From an uncultured Alphaproteobacteria bacterium (lineage in GTDB: Bacteria; Pseudomonadota; Alphaproteobacteria; Rhizobiales; Beijerinckiaceae): a stretch of DNA of 64,000 nucleotides. Below the pieces are notes generated by a model. That model was given only the letters and a program-made list of their open reading frames with translations, was not told the origin of the DNA and did not search any database. Positions 36,258 to 46,950 of the stretch are shown here, piece by piece; position 1 is the stretch's first letter, and each line of letters begins with the position of its first letter. The translations under genes and the position numbers were made by a program. The stretch spans positions 44,906-108,905 of the forward strand of contig CAWHTU010000008.1 of the NCBI GenBank assembly GCA_963832305.1, given 5' to 3'.

Positions 36258-37962
36258 ATGTACACGGCGAGCACCGCTTTTCTCGATTCGCTCCAGGAAG
36301 CGGGGGTGGAGTTCATCTTCGCCAACTTCGGCAGCGATCATCCCGGGCTGATCGAGGCGATCGCCGAGGCGCGCGCCGAAAGCCGCGAGATCCCGCGCGT
36401 GATCGCTTGTCCCACCGAGATGTTGGCGCTGACTTGCGCGCAAGGGTGCGCACAATTTTCTGGCCGCGCGCAGGCGGTCGTCGTCCATGTCGATTGCGGC
36501 ACGCTGTCGCTCGGAGGCGCGGTCCACAATGTCGCGCGGTGCCGCGCGCCGGTGCTCATCTATGCCGGCATGTCGCCCGCGACCCAGGAGAGCGAACTCC
36601 TCGGCGGACGCAACGAATTCATCCATTGGCTCCAGGACGTCCCCGACCAGCGTGGCATCCTCCGCCAGTACATGAAATACGACCATGAGATCCGGTCGAG
36701 CCGCAACGTCCCGCAAATCGTCCATCGCGCGCTGCAGATCGCCGAAAGCGACCCCAAAGGGCCCGTCTATCTTGTCGCCGCGCGGGAGACGATGGAGGCG
36801 ACGGCTGAGCCCCTCTCATCCGACCCGTCGCTTTGGCGGCCGGTCCCCTCCGCCCCGCTTCGCGATGACGCCGTCGCGGAGATCGCCGTCGCGCTCGCGA
36901 ACGCCCGGCGACCGGTAATCGTGACCTCCTATCTCGGACGCAACGCCGCGGCTGTCGCCGAGCTGACGCGCCTCTGCCGCGGCCATGCGGTCGGCGTCCT
37001 CGAATCGGCGCCCTACTACATGAATTACCCGCAAGACGAGGATATGCATCTCGGCGCCTATTGGAACGAACCCGTGCGCAATCCGGTCCTGGCGGAGGCC
37101 GACGTCGTTGTCGTCATCGACAGCGACGTTCCCTGGATTCCGAGCGTCAATGCCCCCTCGTCCGGACGCGGCGGTGTTCCACATCGACGTCGACCCGATG
37201 AAGGAAACGATTCCGCTGTGGTACATAAGGGCGCGCCGATCGCTCCGCGCCGACAGTTTTCTCGCCCTGCAACAGATCAACGCCTGGCTCGACGCCCGGC
37301 CGCCGCAGGCATCGGTCGTTGCGGAGCGGCGCGGTCATTTCAGCGCGCTGCATCGCCGTCGCGCCGACGAGCTCGCCGAACGCGAGGCGGCGCGAACGGA
37401 TATCATCACGCCGGAATGGCTCACCGCCTGCGTGCGCCGCGCCGTCGACGACGAGGCGATCATCCTCAGCGAAGGCGTGACAAATTATCCGGCGATCCAC
37501 AACCACGCCGGCCGGCGCGTTCCCGGAACGATGTTCGCCAGCGGCGGCAGCTCGCTCGGCTGGAGCGGCGGCGCCGCGATCGGAATGAAGCTCATGGCGC
37601 CCGGCCGGATGGTCGTTGCGCTCACCGGCGACGGCTCGTACATGTTCTCGACGCCGTCGGCGGTTCATTGGTTGGCGCGGCGCCACGGAACGCCCTTCCT
37701 TCAGGTCGTCTACAACAACCGCGGCTGGAACGCGCCGCGCTTCTCGGCGCTGGCCGTGCACCCGTCCGGGTATGCGAGCCGGGCGAACGATCTCGACCTC
37801 AGCTTCGATCCTCCGCCCGACTACGCGGGTATCGCCGCGGCCGCGGGCGGCGCCCTGGCGCTCACAGTGAAACGGCCGGACGAGGCGGAGGCGGCGATCC
37901 GCAGCGCGCTTCGCGCTGTGGTCGAAGAGAAGCGTTCCGCGGTGATCGACGCCTGGCTATGA
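36258..37962 (+). pseudogene. Thiamine-pyrophosphate-dependent enzyme (acetolactate synthase-like) with a +1 frameshift near 37155
   Basis: FANFGSDHP, VHVDCGT, PKGPVYL in frame 1, then HIDVDP and TPP motif GDGSYMF...YNNRGW in the next frame. Run CCCCC at 37152-37156, span 1705 = 3n+1. Confidence 0.85.
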
Positions 37963-38109
37963 CGCGTGCTCCGGCGGACAACGCGCCCTGTCTTGAAGGC
38001 ATGGGCGGGACTTGCGCATAGCGGCGCGAGACAGGTCGCCGCGACCTGGTTGCTGCGCGATCTATATCGATCTAGGTCTGATCCGAAGCAGCGCTTCCGG
38101 AGGAGAGCC

Positions 38110-39138
38110 ATGGCGAGACCCCTGATCGTGATCGATCCGCAGCCGCGAGGTCTCGATGAGATTTTCGAGCCGGAGGTCTGGGCGCGGCTCGAGAGCCTCG
38201 GCGAGCTTGGCGTTCACGACGGGGCCGGCCGCATGCCGGCCGAACGCTTCGAAGCCCTTCTGCCCGAGATGGTTCTCCTGATCGGACAGAGCGACATGCC
38301 GAAGGCGAGGCTCGACCGGGCGCCGAAGCTGCGCGCCATCGTCAACGTCGAGACCAATTTCCTCCAGAACGTCGACTACGAAACCTGCTTCGAGCGCGGA
38401 ATCCACGTGCTCGCTCCGAGCTCAGCCTTCGCCAAGCCGGTGGCCGAGATGGCGCTGGGCATGGCGATCGACCTCTGCCGCGGCGTCACGGCAGCCGATC
38501 GGGCCATGCGCGCGGGCCGCGAGAAATGGCTGCTCGACGGCGCGGAAGGGTGCTTCTCGCTCTATGGCGCGCGGGTCGGCCTGATCGGCTTCGGCGATCT
38601 CGCGCGCGCCTTCGTTCCCCTGCTCGCGCCGTTCGGCTGCCCGGTCAAAGCCTACGATCCGTGGGTTTCCGAGCACTACATGGCCGGCTTCGGCGTCGCC
38701 GCCGCCTCGCTCGACGAGGTCTTGAGCGGAAGCCAGGTCATTGTCGTGTTCGCCGCCGTGACCAGCGAGAACCAGGGTTTCCTCGGCAAGCGCGAGTTCG
38801 ACCTCATCGCGCCGGGATCGGTCTTCCTGCTGATGAGCCGCGCGGGAGTGGTCGATTTCCCCGAATTCCTGCGCTCTGTCGAAAGCGGACGATTTCGCGC
38901 CGCGACCGACGTTTTTCCAATTGAGCCCGCGCCGCCCGGCGACCCGGCGCGCCGGATCGAGGGTCTGCTGCTGTCGCCCCATCGCGCCGGCGCCATGCGC
39001 GATCCCCTCTTCGAGATCGGCCGGCAGACGGTCGCCGACGCCGGCCTCATCCTCGCCGGCCTGCCGCCGCTTTCCTGCCGGCGCGCCCAGCGCGAGACCG
39101 TGCTTCGATCCCGGTCGAAGCCGATCGAGCGCAGTTGA
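38110..39138 (+). CDS. D-isomer-specific 2-hydroxyacid dehydrogenase
   Basis: GLIGFGDLA Rossmann motif, AYDPW, MSRA, DVFPIEP, SPHRAG. Confidence 0.88.
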   Translation: MARPLIVIDPQPRGLDEIFEPEVWARLESLGELGVHDGAGRMPAERFEALLPEMVLLIGQSDMPKARLDRAPKLRAIVNVETNFLQNVDYETCFERGIHVLAPSSAFAKPVAEMALGMAIDLCRGVTAADRAMRAGREKWLLDGAEGCFSLYGARVGLIGFGDLARAFVPLLAPFGCPVKAYDPWVSEHYMAGFGVAAASLDEVLSGSQVIVVFAAVTSENQGFLGKREFDLIAPGSVFLLMSRAGVVDFPEFLRSVESGRFRAATDVFPIEPAPPGDPARRIEGLLLSPHRAGAMRDPLFEIGRQTVADAGLILAGLPPLSCRRAQRETVLRSRSKPIERS

Positions 39139-39153
39139 AGGGGGTTTGCCGGC

Positions 39154-39195
39154 TTGACATCGAGCGGCGGCGAGACATAGCCTATAACGTTATAG
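39154..39195 (+). promoter_or_regulatory. Sigma70 -35 element plus LacI-type operator
   Basis: TTGACA at 39154. Perfect 14-bp palindrome CTATAACGTTATAG (39182-39195) with central CG, upstream of the LacI gene. Confidence 0.7.
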
Positions 39196-39247
39196 AGAGG
39201 CCGGCGAAGAATTCGGCTCGAACGTCGGCGACGCCTTGGAGCGAGCG

Positions 39248-40294
39248 ATGGCCGGGAGAGCGCCCACGATCCGCGATGTGGCGTCACGCGCCGGCGTATC
39301 GGTCGCCACTGCTTCCAACGTCGTCAACGGCAATCGGCCGGTCGGAGAAGCGAGCCGCCGCAGCGTGGTCGCGGCGATCGCGGCGCTCGGCTACCGGCTC
39401 GACCGCTCGGCGAGCGCGTTGCGCGGCAAATCGACTCGTCTTGTCGGCATGGTCGTTCCCGACATCACCAATGTCTTCTTCGCCAGCCTCGTTCACGGGG
39501 TCGAAGCCCTCGCCGAACGCGATGGCTACGATCTTCTTATCGTCTCCTCGAGCGAAGATGCGGCGAAAGAGCGCCGCCGCATCGAGGCGCTGATCGCGCG
39601 CCGCATCGACGGCTTGATCATCGTGCCCGCCAGCGACGACTCGATGGCGGCGGTCAGGGACGACGCCGCCACGGTTCGCCTGCCGCCGGCGGTGCTGGTC
39701 GACCGGGGCGATCGGGCGCCTGGATTTGACGCCGTGCGCGCCGATTGCGACGCCGGCGGCTACGCCGCAGCCCGCCATCTCATCGACCTCGGACATCGCG
39801 ACATCGCCATTCTCGCCCATTCAAAACGGCTCGAGAATGTCGAGCAGCGCATCGCCGGCGCCCGGCGCGCCCTGGTCGAAGCCGGGCTCGAGCGGCGAGA
39901 GCGCGTCATCTACGGCGGCGATGACCTCGAATCCCTGCGTGGCGCGATCGAGCTTGAGCTTCACCGCGCCGACCGCCCGACCGCGATCTTCGCCCTCACC
40001 AATGTCTGCGCGCTGGCCTCGATCAAGGCCGCGCGCGGGCTCAATCTTGAAATCCCGGGCGATGTGTCGATCATCGGTTTCGACGATTTCGATTGGATGC
40101 TCGCGCTGCGCCCCTATCTGACCACCGTCGCCCAGCCGGTCGAGGATTTCGCCTCCGTCGCCTGGCGCCTGCTGATGCTCCGGCTATCCGCCGGCGAAAA
40201 AAGCGTCGAGCGGGTCGAACTTCCCTGCACTCTCAGGGTGCGGGAATCCACCGGGCCCGCCCGCCCTCGGCTCAAAGCCGTTGCGGAGGCCTGA
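39248..40294 (+). CDS. LacI-family transcriptional regulator
   Basis: TIRDVASRAGVSVATASNV HTH, LGY, IIGFDD, LTTVAQP. Confidence 0.93.
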   Translation: MAGRAPTIRDVASRAGVSVATASNVVNGNRPVGEASRRSVVAAIAALGYRLDRSASALRGKSTRLVGMVVPDITNVFFASLVHGVEALAERDGYDLLIVSSSEDAAKERRRIEALIARRIDGLIIVPASDDSMAAVRDDAATVRLPPAVLVDRGDRAPGFDAVRADCDAGGYAAARHLIDLGHRDIAILAHSKRLENVEQRIAGARRALVEAGLERRERVIYGGDDLESLRGAIELELHRADRPTAIFALTNVCALASIKAARGLNLEIPGDVSIIGFDDFDWMLALRPYLTTVAQPVEDFASVAWRLLMLRLSAGEKSVERVELPCTLRVRESTGPARPRLKAVAEA

Positions 40295-40319
40295 ACCAGA
40301 AAGCAACAGGGAGTGAATC

Positions 40320-41297
40320 ATGCTGAAACGTCTGAGCTTTGGCGCCTCGATCGCGGCGCTCGCGCTCGGCCTCGCCGCGTCGGCGGCCTATGCCGAAGAC
40401 AAGCCAGTCTATGGCGTCTTGATGAAGACGCTGTCCAACCCGTTCTGGGGCGCGATGGAGAAGGGCGTGGACGAGGGCGCCAAGAACGCCGGCGTCGAGA
40501 TCTTCCTGGAGGCGGTCGAATCCGACCAGGCGGCCGAGCCGCAGCTCAACGCATGCAACACCATGCTGCAGAAGAAGCCCGTGGCGATGATCACTGCAGC
40601 GATCAATTCGACCATCCTGCTCCCATGCCTCAAGCAGGCGAACGGGATGAAGATTCCGGTCGTCGACCTCGACAACAACCTCGATCCGGCGATCACCAAG
40701 AAGGCCGGGGTTGATATTGCCTTTCATATCGGCTCGGACAACGAAGCGGCGGGCGCGAAAGGCGCGGACTATCTGGTCAGCGCGCTCGGCAAGGATGCGA
40801 AAGGTCCCGTGCTGGTGATCGAAGGCCTTTCCGGCAACATCACCGGGGAGAAGCGCGCGCAGGGGTTCGCCGAAGAACTGAAGAAGCAGGCGCCCGGCCT
40901 CAACATCGTCGCCTCTCTGCCGGGCGACTGGGACAGTCTGAAGGCCGCCAACATCACTAACGACACGCTGCAGCGCAATCCGGACCTCGTCGCCATCTTC
41001 TGCGCCAATGACGACATGGCGCTCGGCGCGGTCGAGGCGGCGCGCTCGGCCGGCAAGGACAAGATCGTCGTCATCGGCGTCGACGGCAACAGCAACGCCG
41101 TCAAGTCGATCAAGGCAGGACGGCTCAACGCCTCGGTCGCGCAATTGCCCTATCTGGTCGGCATGCAGGCGGTCGAGGACGTCAAGAAAGTGCTGGCGGG
41201 CGACAAGGTCCCGGAGATGACCTACGTGCCGACCCTTGTTCTGACCAAGGAGGTCATCGAGGCGAACAAGGAGCCGATGTTGCAGTACGTCAAGTAG
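40320..41297 (+). CDS. Sugar ABC substrate-binding protein
   Basis: Signal peptide, KTLSNPFW, IGSDN, ANDDMALGA, GVDG, VAQLP. Confidence 0.9.
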   Translation: MLKRLSFGASIAALALGLAASAAYAEDKPVYGVLMKTLSNPFWGAMEKGVDEGAKNAGVEIFLEAVESDQAAEPQLNACNTMLQKKPVAMITAAINSTILLPCLKQANGMKIPVVDLDNNLDPAITKKAGVDIAFHIGSDNEAAGAKGADYLVSALGKDAKGPVLVIEGLSGNITGEKRAQGFAEELKKQAPGLNIVASLPGDWDSLKAANITNDTLQRNPDLVAIFCANDDMALGAVEAARSAGKDKIVVIGVDGNSNAVKSIKAGRLNASVAQLPYLVGMQAVEDVKKVLAGDKVPEMTYVPTLVLTKEVIEANKEPMLQYVK

Positions 41298-41361
41298 ACC
41301 GGACGGCGCCACCCGCACCTCGCTCTTGGCGGACGGCGCCGCCTCATTCGAGCAACGCTCC

Positions 41362-42355
41362 ATGACTTCGACTCGACCCGACCACCGCCGCCCCTGCGTC
41401 GTGGCGTGCGCGCTTCGCTGGCGGAGGCGCCGTCCGACTCGAATCGCTGATCGTGCTCGCCGTGCTGTGCGCGGCGATGGCGATCTTGTCGAGCGCCTTC
41501 CTGTCCGTCTCAAACATTCTCAACATTCTTCTCTCGACGTCGGTATTCGGTGTGCTGGCGATCGGGATGACGTTTGTCATTTCATCGGCCGGCATCGATC
41601 TGTCGGTCGGCTCCATGCTCGCTCTTTCCGGGGTCGTGGGCGCGATGCTCACGTCCAATCTCGATCTTCCCTGGTGGATCGGGATTCTCGGCTGCCTTGC
41701 GGCCGGGGCGGCAACTGGCGCCGTCAACGGCTTCCTCATCACCAAGGGCGCTATTCCGCCGTTCATTGTGACGCTCGGCATGCTGGGGGTCGCCCGCGGG
41801 ATCGCGCTCGTGCTGAGCAACGGCGTATCGATTTATGGCCTCCCGCCCGAAATCGTGTGGCTCGGTCAGGGCCGGCCCTTTGGCGTCCCTGTGCCCGTGA
41901 TAGTCCTGCTACTCACGGCGCTTGTCGCCCATTTGCTGCTCGCGCATACGCGCTTCGGCGTCTACGCACAGGTGATCGGCGACAACGAGGGCGCCGCGCG
42001 CGCGATGGGCGTCCGGGTCGAGCGGATGAAGGTGCTGCTCTACACGCTGTCAGGGCTGCTGTCGGGCCTTGCCGGGCTCTTGTTTGCCGCGCGCATCAAT
42101 TCGGGCGAACCGACCGCCGGCCTAAGCTACGAGCTCACCGCCATCACCGCGACCATTCTCGGAGGCACAAACCTGTTCGGCGGGCGAGGCAGCGTCATCG
42201 GTACGCTGATCGGCGCCCTGATCATGGGGGTGCTTCAGAACGGGCTGAACCTGCTCGCCGTCCGGCCCTTCTACCAGCAGATCGCCATCGGCGCAGTGCT
42301 GATCCTCGCCGTCTGGCTCGATCGCATCAACAGCAGGGAGGGCTGGCGCCGATGA
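41362..42355 (+). CDS. Sugar ABC permease. N-terminus appears shifted by one extra base near 41367; otherwise it starts at GTG 41453
   Basis: GIDLSVGS, PPFIVTLG, GDNEGAA, LGGTNLFGG. Removing one T from ACTTCGA gives MTRLDPTTAAPASWRARF..., continuous with the permease frame. Confidence 0.82.
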
Positions 42356-43113
42356 GTCTTCTCGAGCTGAAGGACGTACGCAAGACTTTCGGCGCGATCG
42401 AGGCTTTGCGCGGGGTCACCTTCTCTGTCGAGACGGGCAGCGCGGTGGCGCTGGTCGGGGACAACGGGGCCGGCAAGTCGACGCTCATGAAGACGATCAC
42501 CGGCGTGTACAGGCCCGACCGCGGCGACATCCGCTTCGACGGCGTTTCCATCGTCGGTAAGGACCCCGGCGAAATCCGCGAGGCGGGAATCGAGATGATC
42601 TACCAGGACCTCGCGCTCGCCCGGATGCGCGATGTCGCTTCGAACATATTTCTCGGCCGGGAGCTTACGCGCTCGGTCCTCGGTGTCAGGCTCATCGACG
42701 CAAAGCAGATGCGCAGCGAAGCCGAGGCGATGGTCGCACGGCTTGGCGCCCGCATTCCTTCCGTTGCGCAGATGACGGGCCAGCTCTCCGGCGGCCAGCA
42801 GCAATCCGTGGCGATCGCCCGCGCGCTGACCTTCAACCCGAAGCTCGTCATCATGGACGAGCCGACCGCGGCGCTTGCGGTGCGCGAGGTTGAGCACGTG
42901 CTCGATCTCATCCGCACGCTCAAGAGGGACGGTATTTCCGTCATCCTCATCAGCCATCGCCTGACCGACGTTTTTTCGGTCTGCGACCGTATCGTCGTCC
43001 TCCGTCAGGGAGAGGTCATCGCCGATGACGCAACCCGCGAAACCAGCATGAACGCCGTCGTCGCCCATATCGTTGGCGCGGCGGACGCGTCGCCGCATGG
43101 AGCACCGCAATGA
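42352..43113 (+). CDS. Sugar ABC ATP-binding protein
   Basis: GDNGAGKS, LSGGQQQ, IMDEP, ISH. Confidence 0.92.
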   Translation: MSLLELKDVRKTFGAIEALRGVTFSVETGSAVALVGDNGAGKSTLMKTITGVYRPDRGDIRFDGVSIVGKDPGEIREAGIEMIYQDLALARMRDVASNIFLGRELTRSVLGVRLIDAKQMRSEAEAMVARLGARIPSVAQMTGQLSGGQQQSVAIARALTFNPKLVIMDEPTAALAVREVEHVLDLIRTLKRDGISVILISHRLTDVFSVCDRIVVLRQGEVIADDATRETSMNAVVAHIVGAADASPHGAPQ

Positions 43114-43153
43114 TCCGTTTCGATACCGCTTTCCGTCAAGAACGGAGGCGCAA

Positions 43154-44020
43154 TTGAAATTCGGCATTTACTACTCGTATTGGGAGCAGGAGTGGAGCGC
43201 CGATTGCCTTAAGTACGTGGAGAAAGTCGCCAAGCTGGGTTTCGACGTCATCGAAATCGCCGCACATCATCTGAACAGCTATAGCCCCGCGCATATCGCC
43301 GAAGTTGGCCGCACGGCGCGAGAGAACGGCATCACGATCACGGCCGGGCTGGGTCCGTCCCCGCAAAGAAACCTGTCTTCCGCCGATCCCGCGGTAAGAA
43401 AGGCGGGGCGGGCCTTTTTCGAAGAGACGCTGACCAACCTCGCCAAACTCGATATCCGCGTCATTGGCGGCGCCCTCCACTCCTACTGGCCGGTCGACTA
43501 TTCCAAGCCCGTCGACAAACCAGGGGACAGGGCGCGAGGCCTGGAGGGCATGTCAAGCCTTGCGGATTTTGCGGCCAATCTCGGAATTGATCTGTGCCTG
43601 GAAGTGCTCAACCGGTTCGAGAACCACGTCCTGAACACCGCAGAAGAGGGAGTCGCCTTCGTCCGGGAGATCGGCAAGCCCAATGTCAAGGTTATGCTCG
43701 ATACGTTCCATATGAACATCGAGGAGGATAGTTTCGGCAAAGCGATCCGCACCGCTGGTCCGCTGCTTGGCCATTTCCATACCGGCGAGAACAATCGGCG
43801 CGTTCCCGGCAAGGGCCGGCTGCCATGGCACGAAATCGGAGCAGCGCTGCGCGAGATCGGTTATAGCGGCGCGGTCGTCATGGAGCCCTTCGTCAAGATG
43901 GGCGGCCAGGTGGGCAACGACATCCGGGTCTGGCGCGATCTGAGCGACAACGCGAACGAAGCGCAGATGGACGAAGCTGCGCGGCAGGCCCTTGCGTTCT
44001 CGCGATATGTGCTTGGGTGA
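43154..44020 (+). CDS. D-psicose (allulose)/D-tagatose 3-epimerase family protein
   Basis: TTG start with GGAGG RBS. MKFGIYYSYWEQEW, metal ligands EVLNRFE, DTFHMNIEE, HFHTGENNR, MEPF. Confidence 0.9.
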   Translation: MKFGIYYSYWEQEWSADCLKYVEKVAKLGFDVIEIAAHHLNSYSPAHIAEVGRTARENGITITAGLGPSPQRNLSSADPAVRKAGRAFFEETLTNLAKLDIRVIGGALHSYWPVDYSKPVDKPGDRARGLEGMSSLADFAANLGIDLCLEVLNRFENHVLNTAEEGVAFVREIGKPNVKVMLDTFHMNIEEDSFGKAIRTAGPLLGHFHTGENNRRVPGKGRLPWHEIGAALREIGYSGAVVMEPFVKMGGQVGNDIRVWRDLSDNANEAQMDEAARQALAFSRYVLG

Positions 44021-44054
44021 AGGCAACGGCGTGTTGCTGGGTGGCGGCCCGACC

Positions 44055-44999
44055 TCACGCATTCGGAATGTTCTGCGCCAGCGCCTCGAGCACCGCCATG
44101 CGCACCGCCACGCCCATTTCGACTTGCTCGCGGATGAGCGATTGCGCACCGTCGGCGACCAGGGTGTCGATCTCGACGCCCCGGTTCATGGGCCCCGGAT
44201 GCATGACCAGCGCGCCGGGCTTGGCGTAGCCAAGTTTTTCCTGATCAAGACCGAAATAGCGGAAATATTCGCGCGCCGAGGGCACAAGGGCGCCGCTCAT
44301 CCGTTCGCGCTGCAGGCGCAGCATCATGACGATGTCGGCGTCCTTGAGCCCCGAGCGCATGTCATGGGCGACCTCAACCCCCATGCGCTGCACGCCCACC
44401 GGCATTAGCGTCGACGGGCCGACCACCCTTACATGAGCCCCGAGCTTGCCGAGGAGCAGGATATTCGAGCGCGCCACCCGCGAATGGAGGATATCGCCGC
44501 AGATTGCGACGGTGAGGCCCTCGATGCGGCCGAGATTGCGCCGGATGGTCAAGGCGTCGAGCAGCGCCTGGGTCGGATGCTCGTGCGCTCCGTCGCCGGC
44601 GTTGACGACCGAGCAGTCGACCTTTCGCGCCAAGAGATGGACAGCGCCCGCCTGATGGTGGCGGACGACGAGGATGTCGGGCCGCATCGCGTTCAGGGTC
44701 ATGGCGGTGTCGATCAACGTCTCGCCCTTTTTTACGCTCGACGCGCCGACCGCCATGTTCATCACGTCCGCCCCGAGCCGTTTTCCTGCGAGCTCGAACG
44801 ACGACTGGGTGCGGGTCGAGGCCTCGAAGAAGAGATTGATCTGGGTACGCCCGCGCAACGTGGCGCGCTTCTTCTCGACCTGGCGCGAGATCGTGACCGC
44901 CTCGTCCGACAGATCGAGCAGCGCGACGATCTCCTCGCGCGTGAGATGCTCGATGCCAAGCAGGTGGCGCTGGGCGAAGACGGGCGGTGAGACGGTCAT
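44055..44999 (-). CDS. pyrB: Aspartate carbamoyltransferase catalytic subunit
   Basis: [50 protein letters not shown]. Confidence 0.97.
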   Translation of the reverse strand: MTVSPPVFAQRHLLGIEHLTREEIVALLDLSDEAVTISRQVEKKRATLRGRTQINLFFEASTRTQSSFELAGKRLGADVMNMAVGASSVKKGETLIDTAMTLNAMRPDILVVRHHQAGAVHLLARKVDCSVVNAGDGAHEHPTQALLDALTIRRNLGRIEGLTVAICGDILHSRVARSNILLLGKLGAHVRVVGPSTLMPVGVQRMGVEVAHDMRSGLKDADIVMMLRLQRERMSGALVPSAREYFRYFGLDQEKLGYAKPGALVMHPGPMNRGVEIDTLVADGAQSLIREQVEMGVAVRMAVLEALAQNIPNA

Positions 45000-45121
45000 C
45001 TATGCCGGCGCCAATCCTGAGCCATGACACAAGATGCGCGAGGCGGCGTTCAAACCAGCTGCGCCCCGGCCCCAGAGGCGGGAGCCGGCAGCCAAATCGA
45101 TATGAGCCGGCGTAAGCCGGC

Positions 45122-45197
45122 GAAAGCCCACGAAAACGAAATGGCTTTCTTTTGTTTTCATATGTTTTTCGGAATCTGGACTTTTCATAGGGTTACG
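45122..45197 (+). repeat. Degenerate intergenic repeat, copy C
   Basis: Stem GAAAGCC/GGCTTTC (45122-45149). 3' core TTCGGAATCTGGACTTTTCATAGGGTTACG matches copy B at 19/30. Confidence 0.5.
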
Positions 45198-45403
45198 AAG
45201 GAATCAATAAGCTTTCTTCCCCGCCGCACTGTGTCTCGAATATCACAGTCTCCTCTCCTCTCTGTTCCCACCCTCGCCGGAGAAGCAGGGCAACGCAGCC
45301 AATTCCGGCGATTGGGAAAGCCATAGCATATATTTCTGATTTTGGCAAGTCCGGCAAAAGCATTTCGAGTTCTTGTCCCGCCCGCAAACCCCATCTCCAC
45401 GGG

Positions 45404-45829
45404 TTAGCCGTTCAATCTCGCGAGCGTGGCTGGGTCGGGATGGCCGGCGAAATATTTGTCGAGGCAGCGCTGGAACATGTCTTCGCCGGTCGCGGCCCGC
45501 GCGAACAGCGTCATCGACGAGCGGAGCTTCATTTCGTCGGTGGGTCCGAAGATCTCGCGCGCCGTCCGTCCTTCGACGCCGGCGACGATCGCCGCGCATT
45601 CCCTTAAGCGTTGGCCGAGGACGGGGTGGGCGAGATAGGCCCTGGCCTCGGCGAGGGAGGCGATCGCGAAACGGATCGACATGGGGCTCTGCCCCAATCC
45701 TGCGATCTGCGGAAAGACGAACCACATCCAGTGGCTTTCCTTCCGTCCTGCCCGAAGCTCCCGGCGGACCTGGTCATAGACCGGGTCCTGAGCATCGACA
45801 AAGCGTTGCAGGGGAAAGCGATCGGTCAT
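45404..45829 (-). CDS. DUF1810 family protein
   Basis: LQRFVDAQ, ELRAGRKESHWMWFVFPQ, HPVLGQRL, KLRSSMTLF. True start is ATG 45829, inside the longer ORF call. Confidence 0.9.
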   Translation of the reverse strand: MTDRFPLQRFVDAQDPVYDQVRRELRAGRKESHWMWFVFPQIAGLGQSPMSIRFAIASLAEARAYLAHPVLGQRLRECAAIVAGVEGRTAREIFGPTDEMKLRSSMTLFARAATGEDMFQRCLDKYFAGHPDPATLARLNG

Positions 45830-45875
45830 TATTGCGCCGATGCCCGCAGCTTCGCGGAAATCGCGAATGCGGCTC

Positions 45876-46742
45876 TCATCCTCCCTTCGGGTAGTCCGCG
45901 CCGCGCGCGACCGCCTCTCCCGCCACATATTCCTTGCGCAAGGCGTCGAGCTCTGCGCCCATCGCCTCATAGGCGAAGCTGCCGAGCACGAGCCGCAACG
46001 GCGGCTTCTCCTGTTCGACGGCGGCGATGATCGCTTCGGAGCCGCGGACGGGATCGCCCTGCTGCTTGCCGCTGATCGACTGGGTGAAGTTGCGGCGCGC
46101 AATCGCCGTGTCGGCGTAGGCGTCGATTGGGTGTTTCGGAACTTTGAGCGAACGCCCGGCCCAGTCGGTGCGGAACGGGCCGGGCTCGACGATAATGACT
46201 TTGATCCCGAGCGGTCCGACCTCCTTGGAAAGCGATTCAGACATGCCTTCGACAGCAAATTTGGTCGCCGCGTAGTAGCCCGATCCGGGAAAACCAATGA
46301 AACCGCCCATCGACGATACGTTGACGATGGCGCCCGACTTTTGCGCGCGCATGATCGGCAGCACAGCGCGAGTCAAAGCTGCGAGGCCAAACACATTGGT
46401 CTCGAACATCGCCCGAATATCGGCGTCGTCGCCCTCCTCGATCGCGGCGAGATAGCCGTAGCCGGCGTTGTTGACGAGGACGTCGATGCGTCCGAAGCGC
46501 CGTTGGGCGGCCCCGACGGCCGCTTCGATCTCTGCCTGCTTCTCGACGTCGAGTTTGAGAGCCAGCGCCTTCTCAGCGTGGTCGCGGACGAGATCCTCGA
46601 CCTTCGCTTTGTCGCGCGCCGTCACCACGACGCGATAGCCGCGCGACAGCAGGATTCTCGACAATTCCCGTCCGAATCCGGTCGAGCAGCCGGTGATCAG
46701 CCAGACCGGTTTTTGGTGAGCGGAAGATTGATCGGCGGCCAT
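45876..46742 (-). CDS. Short-chain dehydrogenase/reductase
   Basis: ITGCSTGFG, VNNAGYG, NVSS, YAATK, EPGPFRT. Confidence 0.92.
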   Translation of the reverse strand: MAADQSSAHQKPVWLITGCSTGFGRELSRILLSRGYRVVVTARDKAKVEDLVRDHAEKALALKLDVEKQAEIEAAVGAAQRRFGRIDVLVNNAGYGYLAAIEEGDDADIRAMFETNVFGLAALTRAVLPIMRAQKSGAIVNVSSMGGFIGFPGSGYYAATKFAVEGMSESLSKEVGPLGIKVIIVEPGPFRTDWAGRSLKVPKHPIDAYADTAIARRNFTQSISGKQQGDPVRGSEAIIAAVEQEKPPLRLVLGSFAYEAMGAELDALRKEYVAGEAVARGADYPKGG

Positions 46743-46950
46743 CGGCGTCCTCAAGGTTTGCAACGAAAGCGGAGAAGGCGGTTTCTCGCACGGGCGGACG
46801 GCGGGGCGCAATTGTGTGCGTGGCTTTCCAGAAGCCTGTGCACATTGACCATGACCCTCGATTTGACACTGGGCCTCTGCGTCTCCATATCCCGCGGCCA
46901 AAAGCCGGGGGCAAACGGGACGCGCCGGCTGCCCAAAGAAAGCTTCCTGA

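Noticed and set aside
45404-46297. Apparent 297-aa ORF extending DUF1810
   Set aside because: The upstream part is an alternate frame of the SDR gene. The real DUF1810 starts at ATG 45829.
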